Assembly (NCBI GenBank): GCA_003505795.1
Contig: DNXT01000303.1
Span: 1 to 57,729, forward strand
DNA length: 57,729 bases
Direction of reading: 5' to 3'
Source: Lysobacteraceae bacterium
GTDB lineage: Bacteria; Pseudomonadota; Gammaproteobacteria; Xanthomonadales; Xanthomonadaceae
Numbering within the stretch: position 1 is the stretch's first letter; every line of letters starts with the position of its first letter. This document shows positions 41,687 through 50,389 of this stretch, in pieces. The translations under genes were made by a program, and so were the position numbers. The notes under the pieces were generated by a model, which worked only from the letters and a program-made list of their open reading frames with translations, ran no database searches and was not told the DNA's origin.

Positions 41687-41928
41687 CGGCCCTGACTCCG
41701 GGGGAAACGGGCTCAGGGGAGGTTTCCGCAGCGCGGCAAGCGCAAGCCTCGCGGCCCGATGGCGTGGGTTCTCCGGAGACAGCGGAAGCCGTGACGAGTC
41801 GGGCCCTGCCGGCAGCGCATCCGGGAGTCGGGAGCGCGCGCCGCACCGTTGTTCTCGATACCTGCACATCGACGATTCCCCAGCGTGCAGCCGAGTGCCC
41901 GGCGCAATCTGGAGGAAAGCCGCTTTGA
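41542..41928 (+). pseudogene. Truncated paralogue of the TonB-receptor 5' end (signal peptide plus N-terminal extension only), possibly acting as a leader ORF
   Basis: The first ~40 aa are nearly identical to the receptor N-terminus (MRTMKRAACTWGVVVAAVATGGAA). Weaker similarity follows (SPETAEAVTSRALPAAHPGVGSAR versus SPQTESVPDQAQPAGVPAGVRAR). No plug or barrel is present. Its TGA overlaps the next start. Confidence 0.55.
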
Positions 41929-43295
41929 CCATCACGACACTCCTGTCTCCCGCCCTCTTGGGAACCTTGATGATCGCCACCTTCATGGTGCTCATCATGA
42001 CCAAGAGAATGTCGGCCATTGCAGCGCTAATCGTCGTGCCGATCACCTTCGGGATTCTCGCCGGCGCGGGGCCGGGCCTGGGACCCATGATGATCGAGGG
42101 GGTATCGAAGGTCGCCCCGACCGCACTGATGCTGGCATTTGCGGTCCTTTACTTCGCGGTAATGATGGACGCCGGCCTTTTTGACCCATTGGTGCGCAAG
42201 GTTCTTTCCCTGGTAGGCGAAGACCCGATGCGGATCAGCATCGGAACCGCCGTGCTCACGATGCTGGTGTCGATCGACGGCGATGGCACGACCACCGCAC
42301 TGATCATCATCACCGCCTTCCTGCCGGTCTACCGCCGAATCGGCATGAATCCCCTCGTGCTCGCCACACTTCTGTGCCTGGGGAATTCGGTAATGAACTT
42401 CGTGCCCTGGGGCGGCCCTACCGCCAGGGCCGCAACCGCCGTTCACGCCGATATTCTCGATGTCTTTCTTCCCATGGTGCCGGCGATGCTGATCGGCCTG
42501 CTGACGGTACTCGGCGTGGCATTCTGGCTCGGACGCTCGGAACGCGCCCGCCTGTCATGGACCCCTGGAGGGGCGGGAAGCGTCGAATCCAGCCCGGGCG
42601 CGCCCGACGGCATTGCGGCCCCGGGACCGGCCGATGATGCACGCAGGCCCCGATTGTTCTGGGTCAACCTCGTGCTGACGCTGGCGTTGGTTCTCGGTCT
42701 CGCGTCGGGCCTCGCACCACTGCCCGTGCTCATGATGGGAGCCTTTGCAATCGGCATCACCATCAACTATCCGAACCTGAAGGATCAACGCAAGCGGATT
42801 TCCGCACACTCCGACAACGTGGTGAACGTCGTCGTCCTCATCTTCGCCGCCGGCGCCTTCACCGGCATCCTGGATGGAAGCGGCATGGTCGATGCGATGG
42901 CCAACGCTACGTTGTCGATCATGCCGCAAGAGGTCGGCCGGTATCTTGCTCCCATTACAGCGCTGCTGAGCATGCCGCTCACGTTCGTGATGTCCAATGA
43001 CGCCTACTATTTCGGCGTCGTGCCGGTCATCGCGCGAACGGCGGCCGAATTTGGCGTCACCCCGGATGCCATTGCCCGCGCCTCGCTACTCGGCCAGCCC
43101 GTTCATTCCTTGAGCCCATTGTTGGCACCTGTCTATCTCGCTTGCGGACTTCTGGGTGTCGATGTAGCGGATGCCCAGCGTTTCTCGCTGAAGTGGGCGG
43201 CTGCGATCTGCCTGGTACTCATTCTTGCATCGCTGCTGACCGGTGCGTTCCCCCTTTACACGAACGGCGTTCCCCTGCCTGCCGCCGCATCATGA
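41925..43295 (+). CDS. CitMHS-family citrate/metal:H+ symporter
   Basis: IATFMVLIMTKRMSAIAALIVVPITFGILAG is typical of CitM/CitH, and the protein is polytopic. The proposed TTG start at 41925 lies 8 nt after GGAGGA. Confidence 0.8.
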   Translation: MTITTLLSPALLGTLMIATFMVLIMTKRMSAIAALIVVPITFGILAGAGPGLGPMMIEGVSKVAPTALMLAFAVLYFAVMMDAGLFDPLVRKVLSLVGEDPMRISIGTAVLTMLVSIDGDGTTTALIIITAFLPVYRRIGMNPLVLATLLCLGNSVMNFVPWGGPTARAATAVHADILDVFLPMVPAMLIGLLTVLGVAFWLGRSERARLSWTPGGAGSVESSPGAPDGIAAPGPADDARRPRLFWVNLVLTLALVLGLASGLAPLPVLMMGAFAIGITINYPNLKDQRKRISAHSDNVVNVVVLIFAAGAFTGILDGSGMVDAMANATLSIMPQEVGRYLAPITALLSMPLTFVMSNDAYYFGVVPVIARTAAEFGVTPDAIARASLLGQPVHSLSPLLAPVYLACGLLGVDVADAQRFSLKWAAAICLVLILASLLTGAFPLYTNGVPLPAAAS

Positions 43296-44374
43296 GGTCT
43301 TGTGGCCTGCAAAGGGCTGCGTCATGGATGCTGCTTGCGGCGATGTCGTTCGTCGTCGCGACCATCATGCATCGCCTTCGTGTCCCGGCTGCATTCATGC
43401 TGGGACCCATGCTGGTGGCAATTTGCGTCGGCTTGAGCGGCGCCGGCATCCGCCTGCGTAAGGAATTCTCCCTGGGGGCCCAGGCGATCATGGGCTGCCT
43501 GATCGCGAACCTCATCAATCCCGCTTTGCTGGCGGCACTAGGCAGCCACTGGCTTGCGCTCCTCGCTGTCAATATCGCGGCGATGCTGCTCATCTTTGCG
43601 CTTGGCCTTTTCATAGCGCGGCGGGAATGGCTACCTGACACCACCGCGATATGGGGCCTGTCGCCGGGAGCGGCTCCGGCAATGGTGCTGCTCGCAGACA
43701 GCCATGGCGCCGACGCACGCCTCGTCGCCATGATGCAGTATTCCCGCGTTCCGCTGGTTTCAATGACAGCCATAGCGGTCGCGGCCGCCCTTCCACACGC
43801 ATACAGCAGCACCGCGCCCGCAGTGCCGGGGATACTGGCCGATACCTGGTTCCCGCCGATCCACCTCCAAGCCGCGCTGTCGGCGCTTTCACTCGCCCTG
43901 CTCGGATACCTATCAAGCCGGTACACCGGAGTATCCAGTCTGGCGCTGTTCATCCCTGCGTTCGGCGGGGCGTTGCTGACTGGATTCGGAGCGATCACGC
44001 TGCAAGTCCCCGTGGTGGCCTCCACGCTCGCGTTCGCCGTCACTGGCTGGCATGTGGGCTTGTCCTTTACACGCAAGTCGGCGCTCCATTGCCTTCGCCT
44101 GTTCCCACGCATGCTCCTGGCCATCGCCACGCTGATTCTCATTTGCGGCTTGCTTTCGTTGCTGCTGGCACGCTGGATCCCAGGCATCGATGCGCTGACG
44201 GCCTATCTCGCGCTGAGCCCCGGTGGCATCGAAACTTCGGTCCTGATTGCGAGCGGCACGAGTGTATCTCTCTCGCTGGTTCTGGCTTCGCAGTTCGTGC
44301 GGTTGATCCTGGTCATGTCGGCAGGCCCCCTGATCGCCAAATTGGCGGCGAAGATGGTCGCCCAACACCGATGA
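43292..44374 (+). CDS. AbrB-duplication family membrane protein (putative transporter/regulator of unknown role)
   Basis: 360-aa polytopic protein with an internal duplication and family-like blocks (GLSPGGIETSVLIA; GLSPGAAPAMVLLA). The ATG overlaps the citM-like TGA. Confidence 0.7.
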   Translation: MRSCGLQRAASWMLLAAMSFVVATIMHRLRVPAAFMLGPMLVAICVGLSGAGIRLRKEFSLGAQAIMGCLIANLINPALLAALGSHWLALLAVNIAAMLLIFALGLFIARREWLPDTTAIWGLSPGAAPAMVLLADSHGADARLVAMMQYSRVPLVSMTAIAVAAALPHAYSSTAPAVPGILADTWFPPIHLQAALSALSLALLGYLSSRYTGVSSLALFIPAFGGALLTGFGAITLQVPVVASTLAFAVTGWHVGLSFTRKSALHCLRLFPRMLLAIATLILICGLLSLLLARWIPGIDALTAYLALSPGGIETSVLIASGTSVSLSLVLASQFVRLILVMSAGPLIAKLAAKMVAQHR

Positions 44375-44420
44375 CGACGGGATGCGGTGCGTCATATCGG
44401 CGGACCAGGTTGCTTCATAA

Positions 44421-44977
44421 GAAACCGATCGCCCAGTCCTGGTCAACAACGCCAGCGCGATCTGGCTGCACGGCACGCTGGACACGCCGATCAAGCGCTT
44501 CGACCTGATGCAGCAGGTCAACGCGCGCGGCACCTTGCTGTGTTCGCAGGCCTGCCTGCCGCACCTGCTGCGCGCGGCCAACCCGCACATCCTGACGCTG
44601 GCACCCCACCCAGCCTCGATCCGAAATGGTGGGCGCCGCACGCGGTCTGCACGCTGGCGAAGATGGGCATGAGCTTCGTCACCTTGGGCCTGGCGGCCGA
44701 GTTCGGGCCACAGGGAGTGGCGATCAACGCGTTGTGGCCGCGCACGCTGATCGCCACCGATGCGCTGAACATGATCCCCGGCGTCTCCGCGGCCAACGGC
44801 CGCAAGCCGGAGATCGTGGCCGACACCGCGCACGCGGTCCTGACCCGCGAAGCGAAGGGTTTCAGCGGCCACTGCCTGATCGACAAAGACGTGCTGGCGG
44901 CAGCGGGTACGACCGATCTGCCCGGCTACGCGGTCGATCCGTCGCAGCCGCTGCTGCCCGGCCTGTTCCTCGACTGA
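44421..44977 (+). pseudogene. SDR-family oxidoreductase (HSDL2-like), 5'-truncated and frameshifted
   Basis: The frame-0 segment is LVNNASAIWLHGTLDTPIKRFDLMQQVNARGTLLCSQACLPHLLRAANPHILTLAP. After the run GCACCCCACCC (~44603-44613) the homology continues in another frame (DPKWWAPHAVCTLAKMGMSFVTLGLAAEFGPQGVAINALWPRT...). The N-terminal Rossmann GxxxGxG part is absent. Confidence 0.7.
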
Positions 44978-45304
44978 TCACGCCGTTGCAGGACCGGTCT
45001 CGATCCGCCTTTGCAACGTCGCGGCGATCCGAAGGCCGGCCGGAGGGTGCTACCTGTCGCAGTGCATTCCGCATGCCGAACGAGGCGGCCGAGCAATCGC
45101 CTGCCACCAGCGCAAAGCGACGTCCGACTGTCGGCGGCGTCTGGGTGCCGCGCAACAGAAGGTGGGCCCGAACATCGCCCCTGCGGTCGATGACCTGCAG
45201 CTACCTCAGGATCAGGCGGGCGGCCCGCTGGATGCGCCAGAACGGTTCGGCGACCCGAGCCGGGTGATGCCGAGGCTTTGCACGACGGATGAAGTTTCAC
45301 TTAG

Positions 45305-45323
45305 AATGGGAACAATTCTCATT
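45305..45323 (+). promoter_or_regulatory. Fur box overlapping a TTGCAC-N18-TAGAAT promoter upstream of the ECF sigma gene
   Basis: AATGGGAACAATTCTCATT is a near-palindrome of the AATGAGAATCATTCTCATT type. The -10 TAGAAT lies at 45302-45307. Confidence 0.6.
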
Positions 45324-45360
45324 AACGGCGCCGCGCCCGATGTTGCGCCACGAGCCCTCT

Positions 45361-45870
45361 ATGTCCGTCGCCGAAGCGGCTACGCACCATTCCGTTAACG
45401 CCTTGTACGATGCCCACCACGGCTGGCTGTGTGGATGGCTGCTGCGGCGTCTGGGCAATGCCAGTGACGCCGCCGACCTGGCCCAGGACACGTTCGTCAG
45501 CGTGCTGGTGGGCGGGCAGGCCGGTGCCATCCGGGAGCCGCGTCCCTTCCTGGCGACGGTTGCAGGGCGCCTTGTCGCCCACCGCTATCGGCGACGGGCA
45601 CTGGAACAGGCCTATCTGGATGCGCTGGCGGCGCTGCCCGAGGAACTGGCGCCGTCTCCCGAAGCCAGATTGCTGGCACTCGAGGTACTCCAGGAACTGG
45701 ATCGGGTCCTGCAAGGCATGCCCTCGCGAGTCCGCAAGGTGTTCCTGTTGGCACACCTCGAAGCGCTCTCCTACCGCGAGATTGCCGAACGCCTGCGGAT
45801 CTCGGCCAGTTCGGTGAAGCAACACCTGACTCGCGCGAACCGGCAGTGCCTGTTTGCGTTGACGGCCTGA
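45361..45870 (+). CDS. ECF sigma factor, FecI-type
   Basis: Region 2 (DAADLAQDTFVSVL) and region 4 (LSYREIAERLRISASSVKQHLTRA) are present. ATG 45340 is an alternative start. Confidence 0.85.
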   Translation: MSVAEAATHHSVNALYDAHHGWLCGWLLRRLGNASDAADLAQDTFVSVLVGGQAGAIREPRPFLATVAGRLVAHRYRRRALEQAYLDALAALPEELAPSPEARLLALEVLQELDRVLQGMPSRVRKVFLLAHLEALSYREIAERLRISASSVKQHLTRANRQCLFALTA

Positions 45871-46904
45871 TCGCGGTGCGCGCACCACCAGCCGGAAAGT
45901 CCCCTCCCTCTACTTCACCCGGGCCCGTGGCCGGCGGGCGGCCAATCGCACCCGCGGTGGCCGACGCCGCCGCGGCGTGGCTGACGGTATTAATGTCGGG
46001 CGAAGCCAGCCCGCAGGACCAGCAGCGCTGGCAGGACTGGCACTCAGCCGACCCGGAGCACGCCCGCGCCTGGAGCCACATCGAAGCGGTGACCGCGCGC
46101 ATGGGCCTGCTGGATCCCGGCGCTGCCTATCGCAGCTTGGCGTCCGGCCAGCCGAGTTCGTCTGGCCGGCGCCGAGCCCTCAAGCTGCTGGCCTGGTCGG
46201 GCGCCGTGGGCGCCAGCGGCCTGCTGCTTACCCGCCTCCCGGCCTGGCAGCAAGCCATGGCTGATTACCGTACCGGCACCGGGGAGCAGCGCGACCTGGT
46301 GCTCGACGACGGCAGCCGGATAACTCTCAATACCGCCAGCGCGCTCGACGTCCGTTTCGATGCGCGGCAGCGACGGTTGCACCTGCTCCGTGGAGAGGCC
46401 TACATCGTCACCGGCCACGGCACTCCTGCCGCCAACGAGCAGCGGCCATTCCTGTTCGACACTGCAGCTGGCCGGGTACAGGCACTGGGCACCCGCTTCA
46501 TGCTGCGGCACCAGGGCGATCGCACCGAGGTCTGGGTGTTCGAAGGCGCGGTGCGGGTGACCCCGGGCGCCGCCCGTGCCGCGACACGGATCGTGCAGTC
46601 CGGACAACGCCTGGCCTTCGACGCCCGGGGATTGGGGCCGCTCGGTACCGCCGACGAGCAATCGGCGGCCTGGAAGGACGGGCTCATCGTCGCCGACCAG
46701 ATCCGTCTCGACGAGTTCCTCGCCGACCTCGGGCGCTACCGCAGCGGGATCCTGTCCTGCGATCCCGCGATCGCAGGCCTCAAGGTCTCAGGAGTATTCC
46801 CGTTGCGCAATACCGATCAGATCCTGGCGACCCTGCCGCAGGTACTGCCGGTGCGCGTCCGCGCACCCACTCGCTACTGGGTCACGCTGGAGGCGGCGCA
46901 CTGA
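45846..46904 (+). CDS. FecR-type anti-sigma factor / transmembrane sensor
   Basis: AAAWLTVLMSGEASPQDQQRWQDWHSADPEHARAW is followed by a TM helix and a FecR periplasmic domain (RITLNTASALDVRF...). GTG 45876 is an alternative start. Confidence 0.8.
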   Translation: MPVCVDGLIAVRAPPAGKSPPSTSPGPVAGGRPIAPAVADAAAAWLTVLMSGEASPQDQQRWQDWHSADPEHARAWSHIEAVTARMGLLDPGAAYRSLASGQPSSSGRRRALKLLAWSGAVGASGLLLTRLPAWQQAMADYRTGTGEQRDLVLDDGSRITLNTASALDVRFDARQRRLHLLRGEAYIVTGHGTPAANEQRPFLFDTAAGRVQALGTRFMLRHQGDRTEVWVFEGAVRVTPGAARAATRIVQSGQRLAFDARGLGPLGTADEQSAAWKDGLIVADQIRLDEFLADLGRYRSGILSCDPAIAGLKVSGVFPLRNTDQILATLPQVLPVRVRAPTRYWVTLEAAH

Positions 46905-47080
46905 CCCGGGCCCGGAGCGATGGCGTCCGGTGGCCGCTTCGTTGCGGCAGGAACATCGCCGCCGCCAAAGCATGAACGCAGATTGAATGCAGGCCTGGTG
47001 GATCACTGCCCGATCCGCGCGCTCGCGGCACCTATTTCGTGACGGTTGTTTTTTCCCCACGAATTCGGACCCGACGCTCT

Positions 47081-49567
47081 ATGCCAATTGCCTCACAGTC
47101 CTGTCCACCTCACCCTGCTCGCAAGCCTGTTCGCTCCTTGGCCCGCATGCTGACGCTGGCGATCTCGGGCGCCGTGCTGGCTGCGACGGGATCGGTGCCC
47201 GCACTGGCGCAGGAGGATGGCTCAGCGGTCAGCGCCCGCGATTACGACATCCCTGCGGGCCCCTTGGCCGATGGGCTGCGGCGGCTCGGCAGTTCGGCCG
47301 GCGTGCTGCTGATCTTCACCGGAGCGCAGACCGAAGGCCGAAGCAGCCCCGGTCTGCATGGGCGCTACAGCCTGGACGAGGCCTTCTCGCGCCTGCTGGA
47401 AGGCAGCGGACTGCGCGCCATCCGCGCAGCGGGCGGCGGCTACGTGCTGGGCCAGGCCGCATCGGAGCCCCCGCCGCGGACCGGCGCGGTGGCGGAGTTC
47501 CCGACCCTCCAGGTCGTGGCGCGCGCCTCACCGGCCCCGGTCGAGGCCGATGACAGTTACAAGCCGACGCCCGATGCGTCCACCCTACGCTCCACCGCGG
47601 CAATGCTTGACGTGCCCCAGGTGGTCAACGTGGTGTCGGCGCAGGTGATCCGCGACCAGCGCCCCCGCACGCTGGATGACGTCCTGACCAATGTCAGCGG
47701 CATCACCCAGGGCAATACCTTGGCCGGCACCCAGGACACCATCATGAAGCGCGGCTTCGGCGGAAACCGCGACGGCTCGATCATGCACAACGGCATGCCG
47801 CTGGTGCAGGGCCATGGCATGAATGCCGCCGCCGAGAGCGTGGAGCTGCTGAAAGGTCCGTCATCGTTGCTTTACGGCATCATGGATCCGGGCGGCGTGG
47901 TCAACGTGGTCAGCAAGAAGCCACGCCTGGAGGCCAAGAACACGCTATCGCTCTCGGCCTCCGGTTACGCCGGCGCGCGCAACGGCTCCGGCGCCACGTT
48001 GGACAGCACCGGCCCGCTTGGCGCCTCCGGCCTGGCCTATCGGGTGATCCTCGATCACGTGGACGAGGACTACTGGCGCAACTTCGGCACCCATCGCGAA
48101 ACCCTGTTCGCCCCCTCACTCGCCTGGTACGGCCAGAAGACCCAGGCGGTGGTCTGGTACGAATACCGAAACTTCCTGATCCCGTTCGATCGCGGCACCG
48201 CGCTCGACCCGGTCACCGATCGGCCGCTGGCGATTCCAAAAACCCGGCGCCTGGATGAGCCGTTCAACCAGATGGAGGGTGAAAGCCACCTGCTCCAGGC
48301 ATCGGTGGATCACCGGCTCGGCGGCGACTGGGCGGCGCATGCCAGCGCCAGCTACAACCGCGAGACCTACGACGCCAATCAATTGCGCGTCAACGGGGTG
48401 GACGCGGCCGCCGGCACCCTGGTGCGCAGCAACGATGCCACCCACGGCGCGCTGAGCACCGACAGCTACGGTACCGCCTATCTCGATGGCAGCGTCGAAT
48501 GGGGTGGACTGCGCCACGCCCTGCAGCTCGGCGTCGACGCTGAATATCGGCGGATCTATCGCCGGGACCTGCTGCGCGAATCCACTACGGCGACCTTCAG
48601 CTATCTGGATCCGGTGTACGGGCAGGAAGTGCCGTCGCGCACGGTCTCGGCCAGCGACAGCGATCAGACCGACACGCTGCACAATCAATCATTGTTCCTG
48701 CAGGACACGGTGAATCTGGGCGAGCGCTGGATCGTCACCGGTGGCGTGCGTTACCTCGCCTGGCAGCAAGTGGCCGGACGTGGCAGGCCGTTCAAGGCCA
48801 ATACCGACATCGACAGTTCCAAGTGGCTGCCGCGGCTTGGGGCGATCTACAAGTTGACGCCGGAGCTGTCGGCTTATGGCAGCTATACGCAGTCGCTGAA
48901 GCCGGCATCGAGCATCGCGCCACTGAGTGGTGGCACCGTGATCGACTCGGGGCTGAAGCCCGAAGAAGCCGAGTCGTGGGAAATGGGCCTCAAGTACGAC
49001 GACGCGGGCACGATCAGCGGCAGCCTGGCGCTGTTCAACATCGACAAGAAGAACGTGCTGGTGCAGCAGTACAACGACCAGACGAAGCTGACCGACTGGC
49101 GTACCTCGGGCGCCGCGCGCTCGCGCGGTGTCGAACTGGATCTCGCCGGCCGGATCGACGAGCACTGGAGCGTGATCGCCAGCGCCGCCTTGATCGACGC
49201 CAGGACCACCGAAGACCCGGACTACGCCGGCAACCGGCTGTGGAACGTCGCCCGGCAGACGGCCTCACTTTCGGCGGTCTACGACGCAGGGCCGGTCTTC
49301 GGTTCAGGCCGCGTGCGCGTGGGCGGCGGTGGCCGCTACGTCGGCAAGCGCCCCGGCGATTCGGCCAACAGCTTCGAGCTGCCGGCCTATAGCGTGGCCG
49401 ACCTGTTCGCCAGTTACGACACCCGTCTGGGCCGGCATCCGGTGAAGGTCCAGATCAACGTCAAGAACCTGTTCGACCGCACCTACTACACCTCGAGCGT
49501 CAACAAGTACTTCGTCTCGATGGGCGACGCACGGCAGATCCTGCTGCAGGCCGTCCTCGATTTCTAA
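47081..49567 (+). CDS. TonB-dependent siderophore receptor/transducer with an N-terminal STN signalling domain (FecA/FpvA type)
   Basis: The STN segment is YDIPAGPLADGLRRLGSSAGVLLIF...GRYSLDEAFSRLLEGSGL, followed by a plug, a barrel and a terminal ...LLQAVLDF. Confidence 0.9.
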   Translation: MPIASQSCPPHPARKPVRSLARMLTLAISGAVLAATGSVPALAQEDGSAVSARDYDIPAGPLADGLRRLGSSAGVLLIFTGAQTEGRSSPGLHGRYSLDEAFSRLLEGSGLRAIRAAGGGYVLGQAASEPPPRTGAVAEFPTLQVVARASPAPVEADDSYKPTPDASTLRSTAAMLDVPQVVNVVSAQVIRDQRPRTLDDVLTNVSGITQGNTLAGTQDTIMKRGFGGNRDGSIMHNGMPLVQGHGMNAAAESVELLKGPSSLLYGIMDPGGVVNVVSKKPRLEAKNTLSLSASGYAGARNGSGATLDSTGPLGASGLAYRVILDHVDEDYWRNFGTHRETLFAPSLAWYGQKTQAVVWYEYRNFLIPFDRGTALDPVTDRPLAIPKTRRLDEPFNQMEGESHLLQASVDHRLGGDWAAHASASYNRETYDANQLRVNGVDAAAGTLVRSNDATHGALSTDSYGTAYLDGSVEWGGLRHALQLGVDAEYRRIYRRDLLRESTTATFSYLDPVYGQEVPSRTVSASDSDQTDTLHNQSLFLQDTVNLGERWIVTGGVRYLAWQQVAGRGRPFKANTDIDSSKWLPRLGAIYKLTPELSAYGSYTQSLKPASSIAPLSGGTVIDSGLKPEEAESWEMGLKYDDAGTISGSLALFNIDKKNVLVQQYNDQTKLTDWRTSGAARSRGVELDLAGRIDEHWSVIASAALIDARTTEDPDYAGNRLWNVARQTASLSAVYDAGPVFGSGRVRVGGGGRYVGKRPGDSANSFELPAYSVADLFASYDTRLGRHPVKVQINVKNLFDRTYYTSSVNKYFVSMGDARQILLQAVLDF

Positions 49568-49578
49568 GGTGACCGACC

Positions 49579-50295
49579 ATGCGCTTCTTCATGTCTGACA
49601 TCCGCGCCGCCCTGGCGGCGCTCGTCCTGTACGCGCTTGCGGGCTCCGCCGTCGCCGCATCCGGCCCGGCGCCGGGTGCGGGGCTGGAGGTTCTGCTGGT
49701 CTCGCAACGGGGTGGACCCAATCGCGCCCAGGACGACGCCGTGGCCACGCGCCTGCGTCAGCGCGGCTACCGCGTACGGCTGGAGGATCAAACCCTGGCA
49801 CCGGACAGGGCAGCTGGGGCCGGTCTCGTGATCATCTCGTCCAGCGTCTCGAGCAAGGACGTGGCGCCGGGCTGGCGCCAGCTGCCGGTCCCGCTGCTGA
49901 CCTGGGAAAACGACCTGCTCGACGATCTGGCGATGGCCGGCAAGCGCCACGACGTCGACTTCGGCAGCGTCGCGAAGGAGCGCTACCTGTGGCTGGTCAA
50001 CGCCCCGCATGCGATGTCGGCCGGGCTCCCCGCCGGCGTTGCCAACGTCCATCTCAAGCAGGCCGGGATGAGCTGGGGCAAACCGGGGCTGGGCGCGACG
50101 CTCATCGCCACGCTGTACGGCCAGCCCGAGAAAGCCGCGATCTTCGGCTACGAAACGGGCGCGACCATGGACTACGAGACATTGGCGCCGGCACGTCGGG
50201 TGATGTTCTTCCTCGACAACGACACCTTCGGCAATCTCTCGCCCACAGGCCTGCGCTTGTTCGATGCCGCGGTGGACTGGGCGGCAGGTCGCTAG
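49579..50295 (+). CDS. Secreted protein of unknown family (paralogue of 52556-53317)
   Basis: It has a signal peptide and shares blocks with the paralogue: VPVPLLTWENDL, FGYE.GATMDY, APARR..FFLDNDTF..LSP.G..LFDA.V.W. Confidence 0.6.
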   Translation: MRFFMSDIRAALAALVLYALAGSAVAASGPAPGAGLEVLLVSQRGGPNRAQDDAVATRLRQRGYRVRLEDQTLAPDRAAGAGLVIISSSVSSKDVAPGWRQLPVPLLTWENDLLDDLAMAGKRHDVDFGSVAKERYLWLVNAPHAMSAGLPAGVANVHLKQAGMSWGKPGLGATLIATLYGQPEKAAIFGYETGATMDYETLAPARRVMFFLDNDTFGNLSPTGLRLFDAAVDWAAGR

Positions 50296-50389
50296 CGACG
50301 CCATGTTCAATGATCCTCCCAGCAGACGCCAAGAGGTTCCCTGCCCGGCTGCCGACTGCGGCCACACCTCCCCGACGCCCTGGAACCAC

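Noticed and set aside
43219-44187. 322-aa minus-strand ORF and 285-aa plus-strand ORF (43651..44508) over the AbrB-type membrane gene
   Set aside because: These are shadow frames. The chosen frame gives regular TM helices and is translationally coupled to the transporter gene.
46905-47080. ECF (FecI-dependent) promoter upstream of the STN receptor, e.g. GGAACAT at ~46949
   Set aside because: No convincing -10 element was found at 16-17 nt spacing, so it could not be supported by eye.
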